Virus record (IMG/VR): IMGVR_UViG_3300033074_002003
DNA length: 64,000 nt
Direction: 5' to 3' (one strand)
Origin: a virus
Shown piece after piece: positions 33,859 through 43,934 of the stretch. A program made the translations under genes and the position numbers. Every line of letters starts with the position of its first letter. Position 1 is the first letter of the stretch. Below the pieces are notes generated by a model, which ran no database searches, had not been told where the DNA came from, and saw only the letters and a list, made by a program, of their open reading frames with translations.

Positions 33859-36243
33859 ATGAGGGTCACGCAGAAAGAAAAGAAGCAACTTATCTCGACT
33901 GTATCCTCATTTTTGAAGGTCGTCGAGCTCGGCGAGAAGCACACAGCACTCGAAATCCAATATTCTGTTCTTTTGGCCGAGGTGTTGCGGCGCAAGCTCT
34001 CGACCGTTCGTGTGACGCTCAGCCCACCAGCGGGTCCCACACCGTCATTGATCGACGGAACGAGCGGAGACAGCGACAAGATAGTCACGGGCATCCTGAC
34101 GGGGTATTCGCTTGTGCGAGACTCTGTGAAGAAAAAGAGTGCAGCTGTCATCAAGACATACGACAGTGACATTACGAGAGCGATCAGCAACTCATCTACG
34201 TCAGCCAGCGATCCCACGTCAGCAAAGACAGTGCTACGTGCGGTACCATCAGCCTCCGTTAAAAGCAGCATCGTAGGAACAAATCGGCTGGCTCACGTTC
34301 CAACACCAGATCGCACGGCGCAATTCCTGGCGACGAAGCTACTCGTTGACGAGTTTGACCCGGCGATGGTTACAAAAATTGGAGCGCAGGTCACGACAGT
34401 TCGTGATCTGGTTGCCGGTGTGATGAAACACGTGCGTACGCAACTGTCATCGTATGATGATCAGCTCGCGTATCTAAAAGCGATATCGTCAGCGACAACA
34501 CCCGTGATTACGGTATCTGGAACGTCGACAGAGGTTATCAGCGAACAGCAGAGCGAAGTGCTGCTTGTTGATGTGGTAGACATCCCCGTTCGTATTGATT
34601 CTTTGAGCGAAATTTCGGTAACATTTGAGCTGCTCAACGCTGATGGATCTGTTTTTTCGAGCCTTGCACGAACAGTGAAAACATCGCGCGTCGTTGCTTC
34701 GGCAGCAAATGTCTGCGTTCCACCCTCCCTAAGTGTTGGTACAAGTGAGACGGGAGCGTGTGTCGTTCAGGTGAAACAGCTAGACAGAGCCGGTAAGTTT
34801 GTTTCGCTGTATAAACGCGATGTCTTTGACAGTTTGCTCGACGCGGAGGCAAAATACGAACTTTTGACGACGCGCAAGCTGTCTTCTGCTGACGGTGTCC
34901 TTGTAGCAGAGCTAGATGTCGGATTTGCGTCGAGTATCATAGTAAGAGCTGTGGGTTCTGGTTCTGATGCAGAACTTACATCGGGAGAATTTTCTGGTGT
35001 TGTTGTGCGCCGCGATGCAAAAGCGATGAGACAGACGTTCTCGTCTTTGACTTCAAGACCCACAAGCGAAGGAGTTTCGATCGATCTCAGAAACATTCCC
35101 TATGACGTTGTGTCAGTTGCTATCAAGCGCCGCGACGCTATGGGAGCCGCAAGTGAATGGGAGACTTTGACGGTGTTTTCTGTCGCAGATCGACGAGACG
35201 TGTATCCTTTTACGGATACTACTGTCCTGCAGGGAAGAACGTACGAGTATACGTGTGATCTATCGACGGCTGGGGGAAGTGTTCTGCGCGGAAGCACTGA
35301 GATCGTAGAGTTCAGATCGGTGTCAACAAAATTGGTTGACACTCGAATCGAGAGCCTGTCAGTGTCTCAATCTGATGACGACATTGATGTTGCATTCAAA
35401 ATCACGTCATCGATCGTTCCGAAGACGCTCGAACTCACTCGCGCTGCTATGGTCGAACAAGGGCTGGCAGATTTTTACACAGATGAACTCCTTTCGGCAC
35501 GCGAGAGCCTGCAGGCCCTCATCGCGCACTCCGTCACAAGGGTCAATATGCTCACTGGTGAGCGTGAATCGTTTGGTGTACAACTCAGCGGTGATTTTTC
35601 TGATAGTGCAGTGGGGCCTTCTTTGGGCGTGTCTGCGCTCAAGAGGGGCGTAACGTATCGTTATGAGGTCACAGCGCTCTTGCGCCACCCAGAGACTATG
35701 TTGCCGGATTACGTGAAGACCGCGACAGACGGTAGATCAAAGCGATCGTATGCGTTCAAACCCGCAAAATTCAAGCATCCCGTGGTGTTTTCAGATGGCA
35801 GCATCACGACACCAGGATCTCTCACACGGAATCACAGCAAGGATCAATTTTCATTCGGCAATACGGGCAACTATGTCTGTGTTGACGTCCCAATTTCCAC
35901 ACCAACTCCCACAATAACAACACCGTCTGCGTCTCAAGTCGACGCAGAGACGATCGAAATTGTGTGGAAAGTTATCTCATCAATCTCTTCGATCGATCAC
36001 TTCCTCATTTTCAAGTGTTCTTCTGATGGCAGAGAACTGGTCGGGAAGACACACACGTTTTTCGACGGTGATTTTTCCTTTGTGTATCGCATTTCACCGG
36101 CAGACGTCGGAGACATCACATTTGTTGTCTTTCCGATATTTGCCGATTTCTCGCGAGGACAAGAGTTGTCAACGAACCACATATTCATAGCCGAAAGTGA
36201 CGGGCTTCACCGGCGCCGGCCGACAAGAGTGACAGGATACTGA
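33859..36243 (+). CDS. large putative virion structural protein with Ig/FN3-like segments (tail or fibre-associated)
   Basis: 794-aa ORF, beta-rich S/T/V composition; YEYTCDLS and VTYRYEVTAL FN3-like strands. Confidence 0.35.
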   Translation: MRVTQKEKKQLISTVSSFLKVVELGEKHTALEIQYSVLLAEVLRRKLSTVRVTLSPPAGPTPSLIDGTSGDSDKIVTGILTGYSLVRDSVKKKSAAVIKTYDSDITRAISNSSTSASDPTSAKTVLRAVPSASVKSSIVGTNRLAHVPTPDRTAQFLATKLLVDEFDPAMVTKIGAQVTTVRDLVAGVMKHVRTQLSSYDDQLAYLKAISSATTPVITVSGTSTEVISEQQSEVLLVDVVDIPVRIDSLSEISVTFELLNADGSVFSSLARTVKTSRVVASAANVCVPPSLSVGTSETGACVVQVKQLDRAGKFVSLYKRDVFDSLLDAEAKYELLTTRKLSSADGVLVAELDVGFASSIIVRAVGSGSDAELTSGEFSGVVVRRDAKAMRQTFSSLTSRPTSEGVSIDLRNIPYDVVSVAIKRRDAMGAASEWETLTVFSVADRRDVYPFTDTTVLQGRTYEYTCDLSTAGGSVLRGSTEIVEFRSVSTKLVDTRIESLSVSQSDDDIDVAFKITSSIVPKTLELTRAAMVEQGLADFYTDELLSARESLQALIAHSVTRVNMLTGERESFGVQLSGDFSDSAVGPSLGVSALKRGVTYRYEVTALLRHPETMLPDYVKTATDGRSKRSYAFKPAKFKHPVVFSDGSITTPGSLTRNHSKDQFSFGNTGNYVCVDVPISTPTPTITTPSASQVDAETIEIVWKVISSISSIDHFLIFKCSSDGRELVGKTHTFFDGDFSFVYRISPADVGDITFVVFPIFADFSRGQELSTNHIFIAESDGLHRRRPTRVTGY

Positions 36244-39200
36244 TGGCACTGTTTACAGCGAGCAAAATTCTCCCAGTGGCGCCCAGCATTGTGGCGTCGG
36301 TCAGTACTGTCTCAAGTGACCTCAAAACGCCGTCACCGGCAAAAGATCCACTCGTCGATAAAGTGATAGCCAGCGTTATCGATCCTCCCTCGCCCGGGAA
36401 GATTCCGATGTCTCCGCTGTCACCCCTTCACTCAACGAAGCCGGTCATTCCTGGAAAAGCTGAGTTTATCGATTTTACTCCCGAAGTTGCAATTGCGTCT
36501 GATATTGCGCTCCGGAGCGTTGACCGCGAAAAGAAGAATTTCAACCCACTCGGCGATACGTCGGGCATCACCTCACAGAGGCCTATCGTACTCGCTGTCA
36601 CACAGTTCAATCCTCTTTTCGTTCGTGACGTGTCCAAAGACAGCGTTGCGTCCGGCAGTCCTTTCACAGATATGGGAAATCACTTCCTCGATCAGTTTTT
36701 CACAAAGAAACTGATCTGGGAAAACATCGCTCGTATCGTAGATGAGCTCGGCAAAGCTCCCGACACGGCAAATAAGGTCGCTCTCTTGAATCGCGGGTTC
36801 AGGACGGGCTTCGAAAAGAGTATCGTCCCAGTTCAGTCGCTGTTTCTTGCTTTGCGCTCGCTCGAAGCTCTCAAGAAAGAGTTCGAGTTCAAGAGATACG
36901 AGGCAGTCAGCTCTACTACGATCGAATCGCTGAAACCATCAGTGCTAAAGAGCGTCGTCGGAACACACGATACGGCTGTTGCGACGTTGAGCGACGTGTT
37001 CACAGATGACCTGAAGTTCAGCGATAGCGCGTTCAGAAAGTTTTCTAACACAAAGGTGATCTATCAGCTCATCTACGAGCTTCAACACTTTGCTAGAAAT
37101 CACAGTTACGATCTTGTAAAGACAGATGTATCGGCTCACACGAGTGACGATACAGACTCTAAGATCGTCAAAAATTACGATGTGACGCCGAAGTTCTCTG
37201 TCGGATTCATGGAGAGATTCAAGCAGTTGAAGCTCACACAGTCTGATCTCGTATCGTTGTTTTCGGGTGATGACAAGGAACCCGCTTACAAACGGCTTCA
37301 GGCTGCGTTCAAATACATCTCGAGCGAACTGCCGACAAATACAGTTGAGAAAATTCAGCTCCTTGCTCTACTAGTAAGCCGCGAATTTAGGTGCAGCTCA
37401 GGATTGAGCAATGTTGATTTTCAGAACAGACTTCGCTCGGCGGGATTTGATCCCGATTCAGAAAAAAGCATTCTAGAGCAGCTTGCGGGTGATATTCCGG
37501 AGAGTGTGACTGACGTTCTCCTTGCGCAACCGAGGGGCGCGCTCTCAAACGTCGCGCAGATCAGAGCAGATGGTGCGGCTGTCCTGCCGTTTGAGACGAA
37601 ATTCATAGACTCCGAGAACGGGACGTACACACCTGGATCACTGTATATGATCGATTCGATCGTCAACGATCCCGCGTCGGCTCTCAACACTGATCGTCTG
37701 AAGTCGTACGTTTCTACATTGTCAACGTGTCTTGCGGCTCTGCAGGATACGCTAACACAGCTGAAACTCGTCAACTCATACGCGACACCCCTCCCGATGG
37801 GATTGAATCGCTCGGACGTATTTTTCTTCAGGCTGTTTTCCGAGTTGCTGCGTGCCACAATGTCAACCGGCGACCTAGGAGCTGGAATCCTTGTCGGAAC
37901 ACAAAATGAAGTGTTGGTATCGACATTCGCACAGGCAGCTGCTGATGACGTGCTCAAGAGCCAGATTTTTGCCCTTCTGTGGGATGCAGATAGTGCAGAG
38001 CTTGACACGATCATCGATGTTGATGCAGTGAACAGAATTTTCAATCGAGTGACAACTGTTCTCGGGGCGCTGAGAGCTGATACTACGAAATCTACGTCGG
38101 GTCTCAAGAAAACGCCGCTAGCGGGACCGGGTGTGAAACTCGATTTCACTGAGCTGGTGAAAGACATCGGAACAGCCACACGCAGAGATGTCAGCGAGGA
38201 AGAGTTCAGAGCTGCTTTCAGTAGCGCTGAATTCAAAAATGTCAAGGCACTGTTCAAATCGATCGCGTCGACATTCGAAATAAAGAAGAGCTACACAGAC
38301 GCTGGTACGACAAGACTCAGCAAAGTCAACTCGATCGCGGTTCAGATGCTGCTCGTAGACGAATTTGTCTCTATCGCGAGCAGGTTCATGTTTTCCAAAT
38401 TTAAGCTCGGGTCAGACAGCAGATTGCAGGTAGAGAGCTCGGGATCGAAGATTTTCGGCGTGCGTACCGTGCTAGACAAGCTGGCGGTTGCGCCCGACCT
38501 GCAACAGGCAATTCAAGTCAACAACGCAGACGAGCTGGATGCCGTAGATCCGCAGCTACGACAGATTGCCTTCAAGCTCAATGATGAGGAGATGGCACTC
38601 AAGAAAATCTACATCTCTCTCGTAAATCTGCTCTCAGGTGTTATCAGGTCAGCTGAGACAACTCTCGCGCAGTTCGCGCCGGGAACGGGCGTTCACGCCA
38701 AGCTGTTTGATGACCTGTCTGACATCATAGACAAGAGGCTGGTGAATTTGCTTGACGCAGCTCAGATACGCCTCGCGTCGTTCAAAACGCTCGACACCAC
38801 GTCACGCGTCGTTGCGGGTCTCGCTAAGGGTGAGAGAGTTACGATGCTTGACGATACAGTGATGCAGTTGCCGACGCTGCTCGCATTGGGTTCAGCTCTG
38901 TCGGAGAAGAGGTTTCAACAGCTCGCTGCGCAGAATCTGCGAATCATCAGCGTTGGACTCCCGGCGGGATTTTCAAAGCAACTTCAAGAGCGCGTCGACG
39001 TGCGCTTGACCAAAGGGACGACGAAACTTCAGCGCAAAGAGCAGGACGTCGTTACGATCAACGTGTACAAGCGTGACGCCGGGTATCCCGAAATCGTGTT
39101 CAAACCGCAGAAGTTCGTGTTTGAGCTCTCTAGATTCGTGTTTGTTGACTCGGCGTTTGCCCTCGCTGCCTCAAAAGAGCCGAGTTTCATGTCTTTTTCG

Positions 39201-39929
39201 AAGTTGATGGAGATCGCTAGGACGGTCGATCTGGGTGATACGATCGTATCACCAGACGTCCTGACGTCTTCAGACAAAGACCTTCGCGACAGTTCGGAGT
39301 ACGATTTCTTGAGTCCTGACGAAAAAGAGGCGCTAAGAGCAAATCACGTGATGAGTGCTCTTCTGACACAGTACATCAAGATGATTTCGGGAGTCTCTCT
39401 TGACGAGAGCGCATTTCCGATCAGTTTCGGTGACATCACTGTCCCAGTGGCAGTGACAGATCCGGCGCTTCTGAAAGAGCTTATCGAAGCGCGTGTGAAG
39501 ACAGTCGCAAACATTCCAGCATTTGACGCCGCCACAGACAGTGTCTCGAGCCTCGACATCTCTGCGGAGAAAAAGAACAAGATTGCGTGTGATGTCAAAC
39601 ACCTCGCGGCGCTCGCTTTTTCAAGAACAACACTGGGAGATCCCACAGCAGAAACAAAGGCCGCGCTGACACCAAAGCTCTTCGAGAGAATCTTCAATGT
39701 CCCAGTCGATCCAGACGACTTCCTTGTTGATGTCGAACTAACTCGCAAGAGCACATCGGGTGCTGCTGCTCTGGATGCTTACGTCGCCTCGGGCGAATTT
39801 CAACACATCGACGATCGCGATGGCACGGTGACATCTTACGCTCTTGCTGACAAAAATAGGCAGCGTACAGACACTGTTCTGGAGCAGTACTTTGTCACCA
39901 TATCTACAACCCTCGGGACAAGTACATGA
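36243..39929 (+). CDS. very large putative virion structural protein (1228 aa)
   Basis: Long uninterrupted ORF, ATGA coupled to both neighbours. Confidence 0.35.
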   Translation: MALFTASKILPVAPSIVASVSTVSSDLKTPSPAKDPLVDKVIASVIDPPSPGKIPMSPLSPLHSTKPVIPGKAEFIDFTPEVAIASDIALRSVDREKKNFNPLGDTSGITSQRPIVLAVTQFNPLFVRDVSKDSVASGSPFTDMGNHFLDQFFTKKLIWENIARIVDELGKAPDTANKVALLNRGFRTGFEKSIVPVQSLFLALRSLEALKKEFEFKRYEAVSSTTIESLKPSVLKSVVGTHDTAVATLSDVFTDDLKFSDSAFRKFSNTKVIYQLIYELQHFARNHSYDLVKTDVSAHTSDDTDSKIVKNYDVTPKFSVGFMERFKQLKLTQSDLVSLFSGDDKEPAYKRLQAAFKYISSELPTNTVEKIQLLALLVSREFRCSSGLSNVDFQNRLRSAGFDPDSEKSILEQLAGDIPESVTDVLLAQPRGALSNVAQIRADGAAVLPFETKFIDSENGTYTPGSLYMIDSIVNDPASALNTDRLKSYVSTLSTCLAALQDTLTQLKLVNSYATPLPMGLNRSDVFFFRLFSELLRATMSTGDLGAGILVGTQNEVLVSTFAQAAADDVLKSQIFALLWDADSAELDTIIDVDAVNRIFNRVTTVLGALRADTTKSTSGLKKTPLAGPGVKLDFTELVKDIGTATRRDVSEEEFRAAFSSAEFKNVKALFKSIASTFEIKKSYTDAGTTRLSKVNSIAVQMLLVDEFVSIASRFMFSKFKLGSDSRLQVESSGSKIFGVRTVLDKLAVAPDLQQAIQVNNADELDAVDPQLRQIAFKLNDEEMALKKIYISLVNLLSGVIRSAETTLAQFAPGTGVHAKLFDDLSDIIDKRLVNLLDAAQIRLASFKTLDTTSRVVAGLAKGERVTMLDDTVMQLPTLLALGSALSEKRFQQLAAQNLRIISVGLPAGFSKQLQERVDVRLTKGTTKLQRKEQDVVTINVYKRDAGYPEIVFKPQKFVFELSRFVFVDSAFALAASKEPSFMSFSKLMEIARTVDLGDTIVSPDVLTSSDKDLRDSSEYDFLSPDEKEALRANHVMSALLTQYIKMISGVSLDESAFPISFGDITVPVAVTDPALLKELIEARVKTVANIPAFDAATDSVSSLDISAEKKNKIACDVKHLAALAFSRTTLGDPTAETKAALTPKLFERIFNVPVDPDDFLVDVELTRKSTSGAAALDAYVASGEFQHIDDRDGTVTSYALADKNRQRTDTVLEQYFVTISTTLGTST

Positions 39930-41779
39930 GCACGTCATTTCCCAGCACACCCATCACAATTGCGGACGTGCCCGAAGTTTCGAAATTTCCACAACCACAG
40001 TTCGTCTACAACTACTACGTTGAGAATGAGACTGTTGATGAGACGGGTGAGCCACCCGCTGGGACCCTGCGTCGAAGCACGAGCTACATGAATGACGGCT
40101 CAAACTTGGTGCAGTACGCTCGCAGGATGCCGCGTCACGTAAAAATCGCGTTCTCGCCGGTTGTGATTTCGTCTGTGTCGACGGAGAAGAGAAAAAACGC
40201 CTCTTACATCCGTAGCAACGAATCAAAAATTGTCCACGAGGAGCACTTCAGCAACAACAAATACACCGGTGTGAACTTTGAACCAGTTGATGCTGAGGCA
40301 AAGTTGTTCGCACTAGTCTCTGGATCAGCGGCGTCTGTCGGCTCTTCTAGTCCGACGCTCGAAAAGACGGTTAGCGCAAAATCGTCGCTAGCCGAAAGGG
40401 TCGGCGGTGCTACGAGCGAAGAGATCCCACCCGGATTTCTCAGCAAAGTAATGGCTTCGCGTGTCGTTCAAGATCACGCAATTCGCGCGCACGATCCAAT
40501 TCCACCCGATCTATCACTCCGTGTGCAGTTTGACAATAGATTCGTGAAATCAGCCGTTCAGACGTCTATGTTTGATCCCTTTTCGATCTACAACGAAGAC
40601 ATCAGATCACTGTGGACGTCCCTACAAGAAGTGCAGCGTAAGGCGATTTCGTCCGCGAAGAGTACGACCATTCATAGCAAAGAGTTTGATCCTGAGGTGC
40701 AGTGGATCTCCGTCGAAAAACAGACCGACACCACAACACCAGGTCCGCTGCAGACGAAAATCGTGGGATATATCGTCGACAAGTGGGAAATTTCAAGCGA
40801 TGGCACGTTCAAGAGTGTCAAGCCGTCGATAATTCTCGAAAATCCGCTCGCGTGTGAGTACCTGGATTTTTCGGTAAAGTACGGCTGTGAATACTGCTAC
40901 GCTGTGCGAACCATAGCTGAGATTCGCGTGTCAATGCTCGTTGAGAGTGCTGACGGTAGTGTCGTCCCGTCGATCGTGACGCTGCTGGTCTCTTCGCGGC
41001 CGACGCCAAAGCAGTATGTCCAGACGATCGAAAAAGTTGCACCTCCGCCCCCGACAGACGTGGATTTCGTGTGGAACTTTCAGGACAAGCTCCTGAGCGT
41101 TGTCTGGTCATTTCCCGTCAACACGCAGCGCGACATCAAGAAGTTTCAGGTGTTTCGGAGGAGAGACATCTCTTCTCCGTTTGAGCTGTTGCAGCTGATA
41201 GACTTTTCGGACGCCCGCGCGGCAAAATTTCCCGATCCGGAGAGCGATGCGCTGCCGAGCTCTGTCGTGAGGCGCGTCACATCGCCGGTTACCATGTTTG
41301 TCGACGAAGAGTTCACACGTGACTCGGAGTTCATCTATGCTGTTGCGGCGATAGATGCACATGGCCTCGCTTCTGCTTATTCGCAGCAGTTCAAGGTTTC
41401 GTTCGATAAGTTCCGCAACAAACTCATTAGAGAGCAGATTTCTCCATCGGGCGCTCCGAAGCCCTACCCAAACTATCACCTTCTCGTCGACACATTTGCC
41501 GATGTTGTACACAGTACAAAGAAACAAACGGTGTCTGTGTATTTTACTCCTGACGCTGTTTCGATCATAGATCGTTCAAATGCGAAGAAGCAGATGCTCG
41601 AGACGGATGCTACGGGTGGGAAGTACTACTTGCAGGTGACGAACACAGATCTGCAGAAGCAGAGGATCTGTGAAATCTCTGTCGTGGATCTGAGAACGAC
41701 TGTCGGTTCTCCGAGCGCTGTTGGAAAGTTCCTCGGCGACATCAGTACAATATCTGCAGCACGCCCGAGATTCGGTTGA
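39926..41779 (+). CDS. putative virion structural protein with FN3-like segments
   Basis: CEYCYAVRTIAE and SEFIYAVAAIDAHG strands. Confidence 0.35.
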   Translation: MSTSFPSTPITIADVPEVSKFPQPQFVYNYYVENETVDETGEPPAGTLRRSTSYMNDGSNLVQYARRMPRHVKIAFSPVVISSVSTEKRKNASYIRSNESKIVHEEHFSNNKYTGVNFEPVDAEAKLFALVSGSAASVGSSSPTLEKTVSAKSSLAERVGGATSEEIPPGFLSKVMASRVVQDHAIRAHDPIPPDLSLRVQFDNRFVKSAVQTSMFDPFSIYNEDIRSLWTSLQEVQRKAISSAKSTTIHSKEFDPEVQWISVEKQTDTTTPGPLQTKIVGYIVDKWEISSDGTFKSVKPSIILENPLACEYLDFSVKYGCEYCYAVRTIAEIRVSMLVESADGSVVPSIVTLLVSSRPTPKQYVQTIEKVAPPPPTDVDFVWNFQDKLLSVVWSFPVNTQRDIKKFQVFRRRDISSPFELLQLIDFSDARAAKFPDPESDALPSSVVRRVTSPVTMFVDEEFTRDSEFIYAVAAIDAHGLASAYSQQFKVSFDKFRNKLIREQISPSGAPKPYPNYHLLVDTFADVVHSTKKQTVSVYFTPDAVSIIDRSNAKKQMLETDATGGKYYLQVTNTDLQKQRICEISVVDLRTTVGSPSAVGKFLGDISTISAARPRFG

Positions 41780-41880
41780 GGGCTTTACGATCTCACACTG
41801 TGGTATACACTACAAATACTCACGAGTGTCATACGAAGCTAATACGTAGCTGTTGTTCGCGCCTCGCGCACGGAGTGTAA

Positions 41881-42594
41881 ATGGGATTTCTAGATCAGTC
41901 TACAAATAGCATCTTGCTCGATTCTGTCTTGACTGATTACGGTCGACAGGCTCTGTCAAGGAACGACGGGTCTTTTTCCGTCGTGAAGTTCGCGGTGAGT
42001 GACGAAGAGGTAGACTACTCGATCATCACAAAGTACGGCCGAACAGTCGGCAAAGAGAAGATCGAGAAAAATACGCCCGTGTTTGAGGCAATCACCAACC
42101 AGAATTACGCTCAGAAATATCGTCTGGTGTCTCTGTCAAATCCATACCTCATTCGCCTCCCTAACTTTACGCTAGAGGGTGCCGGTGTCGATTCTAGCTC
42201 GGACACCGTGTCTATGGGTCGCCTCTACACCAAGTCGGCAACGCTGACGGTGACGCAGACAATCACAAACGAGTCTTCGATCGACAACGAGCTGCGCGAT
42301 CAGTCTTTCATCGTTGAGGTGAACAACTCGTTCCTGCAGATCGCAAAGTCACGTCCGAACAACATCGACGGACAGCAGCGTGCGAGGTACATTCTTACGC
42401 GAGCGCCCGTTGAGACGTCGCTCGGCGGGTCAACCGTGACGTTCACGCTGCAGGTGAAGTCGCTGACCGAAGCACAGTTTCAGGTGTTCGGAAGCACAAG
42501 CAACAAGAATCGAATCACGACATACGTTCGTGTCACTGGCGTGCAGAGCGGGGCCGTGAAAGAGTTTCGCGTAAACATCGACAAGACTGCGTGA
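41881..42594 (+). CDS. putative structural protein (N-terminal paralogue of 32926..33843)
   Basis: MGFLDQSTNSILLDSVLTDYGRQALS. Confidence 0.35.
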   Translation: MGFLDQSTNSILLDSVLTDYGRQALSRNDGSFSVVKFAVSDEEVDYSIITKYGRTVGKEKIEKNTPVFEAITNQNYAQKYRLVSLSNPYLIRLPNFTLEGAGVDSSSDTVSMGRLYTKSATLTVTQTITNESSIDNELRDQSFIVEVNNSFLQIAKSRPNNIDGQQRARYILTRAPVETSLGGSTVTFTLQVKSLTEAQFQVFGSTSNKNRITTYVRVTGVQSGAVKEFRVNIDKTA

Positions 42595-42604
42595 TCGGGG
42601 AGAA

Positions 42605-43867
42605 ATGGCAACATTCAAAGAAATTAGCTCAGAAGACGTCAAGACGCAGCGGTCGTTTCTCGAACAGATTGTTGACGTTCTCCAACAGAGCATCAGCGGT
42701 TCGTCTACACGCCGGAAATATCAGGTCTTCGTCACGGGTGGCCTGGGACCAGGCGTAACGTCGTCTCTCTTTCAAACTGTCTACGATCAGGATTTCACGC
42801 TGCAGACGGCAAACCCAGTCTTTGACATGTCTGTCGGCCTGTACTACAGCGGCTCTACTGCACTCGGCGCGCAGGTTGGCACAGACACGTCAGGGAAACC
42901 GCTCTTCCCCAGCAATACCCTCATGATGAGGGAGAAGATTGACGTCTACAAGCAGTTTGCCCAGGCACTTCTCGGTGAATCGACGGCACAGTTCGTTGCA
43001 CCTTTCGACTCTACAACGGACGCGGACAAATTTGATTCCGCTCTCTTCCTCTCGTTCAAGCGACTCTTTGCTCGCGACAAGATGAAGCGCGAGACGTTCT
43101 CGATGGTCTTCTACAAGGGTGCCGCACACACTGAGATGGGTGGGTTCGCGGCGGGTTCGTCTCTTCCCAACCTCGCACAGACGTCTATCATCAGCGCTTC
43201 GATCCTCACTGACTTCGGAGCGTCCGGTGATAGGGTGGTGACGCCGGGCGGAGAGGTCGGAAATCTCTACAACGCTACAGACACAACTACGACAGTCGGT
43301 CAGATCTTCTACGACAGGGGCGTTGTTGTCCTCAATCTCGCTCGTGTCATCTCCGGAAGCCAACACGTCTCAGGCGTCATCAGCTACGTTTCTGGCGGTT
43401 CTGCGACGGGATACTCGATTGGCCAAACGATCATCGGAGCACACTCTGGTGGTGGCGCGGATCCAAACTTCCCGCTCGCAAATCCGAACGCGAAGTTCAT
43501 TCCCGATCTCATGGTATCGGGCTCCATCGATAACATCATCGATCACTTCGCGACAGCGAGGTTCCAGTCGGGCTCCCTTTCGGCGATGACGTTCCAGAAC
43601 CTCACGACGATCAACTCGTCGCTGTACTTTGCACGCCTCACAGCAGATGAGTTCAACTACAGCACCAACCCAACATTCACAGATTCTGAGAACAGGATTG
43701 TTGTGATCGACGAGGGTCAGGAAGACACGCAGCAGTCGTTCACATTCGTGACCACGATCGGCCTCTACGATGCGAACGATAACCTTCTGGCTGTCGGAAA
43801 GCTCTCGCGCCCTGTTGAGAAAAACTCTGAGAAGGACCTCACGTTCAGGATCAGATTGGATTTTTGA
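42605..43867 (+). CDS. putative tail/structural protein (C-terminal domain paralogous to 43935..46280)
   Basis: Shared C-terminal motifs GQIFYDRGVVVLNLARV and FVTTIGLYDANDNLLAVGKLSRPVEK. Confidence 0.35.
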   Translation: MATFKEISSEDVKTQRSFLEQIVDVLQQSISGSSTRRKYQVFVTGGLGPGVTSSLFQTVYDQDFTLQTANPVFDMSVGLYYSGSTALGAQVGTDTSGKPLFPSNTLMMREKIDVYKQFAQALLGESTAQFVAPFDSTTDADKFDSALFLSFKRLFARDKMKRETFSMVFYKGAAHTEMGGFAAGSSLPNLAQTSIISASILTDFGASGDRVVTPGGEVGNLYNATDTTTTVGQIFYDRGVVVLNLARVISGSQHVSGVISYVSGGSATGYSIGQTIIGAHSGGGADPNFPLANPNAKFIPDLMVSGSIDNIIDHFATARFQSGSLSAMTFQNLTTINSSLYFARLTADEFNYSTNPTFTDSENRIVVIDEGQEDTQQSFTFVTTIGLYDANDNLLAVGKLSRPVEKNSEKDLTFRIRLDF

Positions 43868-43934
43868 AAGTTTTACGAATTCTGCTCAACGAGCAAAGGA
43901 TTGGCGTCGCGTTAGAGCGAGTACTTAAGTTGCG

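Noticed and set aside
37421-38257. 278-aa antisense ORF within the 1228-aa structural gene
   Set aside because: It is Ser/Ala/Val-rich with low complexity and has no independent start context. Similar ORFs at 49644..50246 and 52747..53268 were rejected for the same reason.
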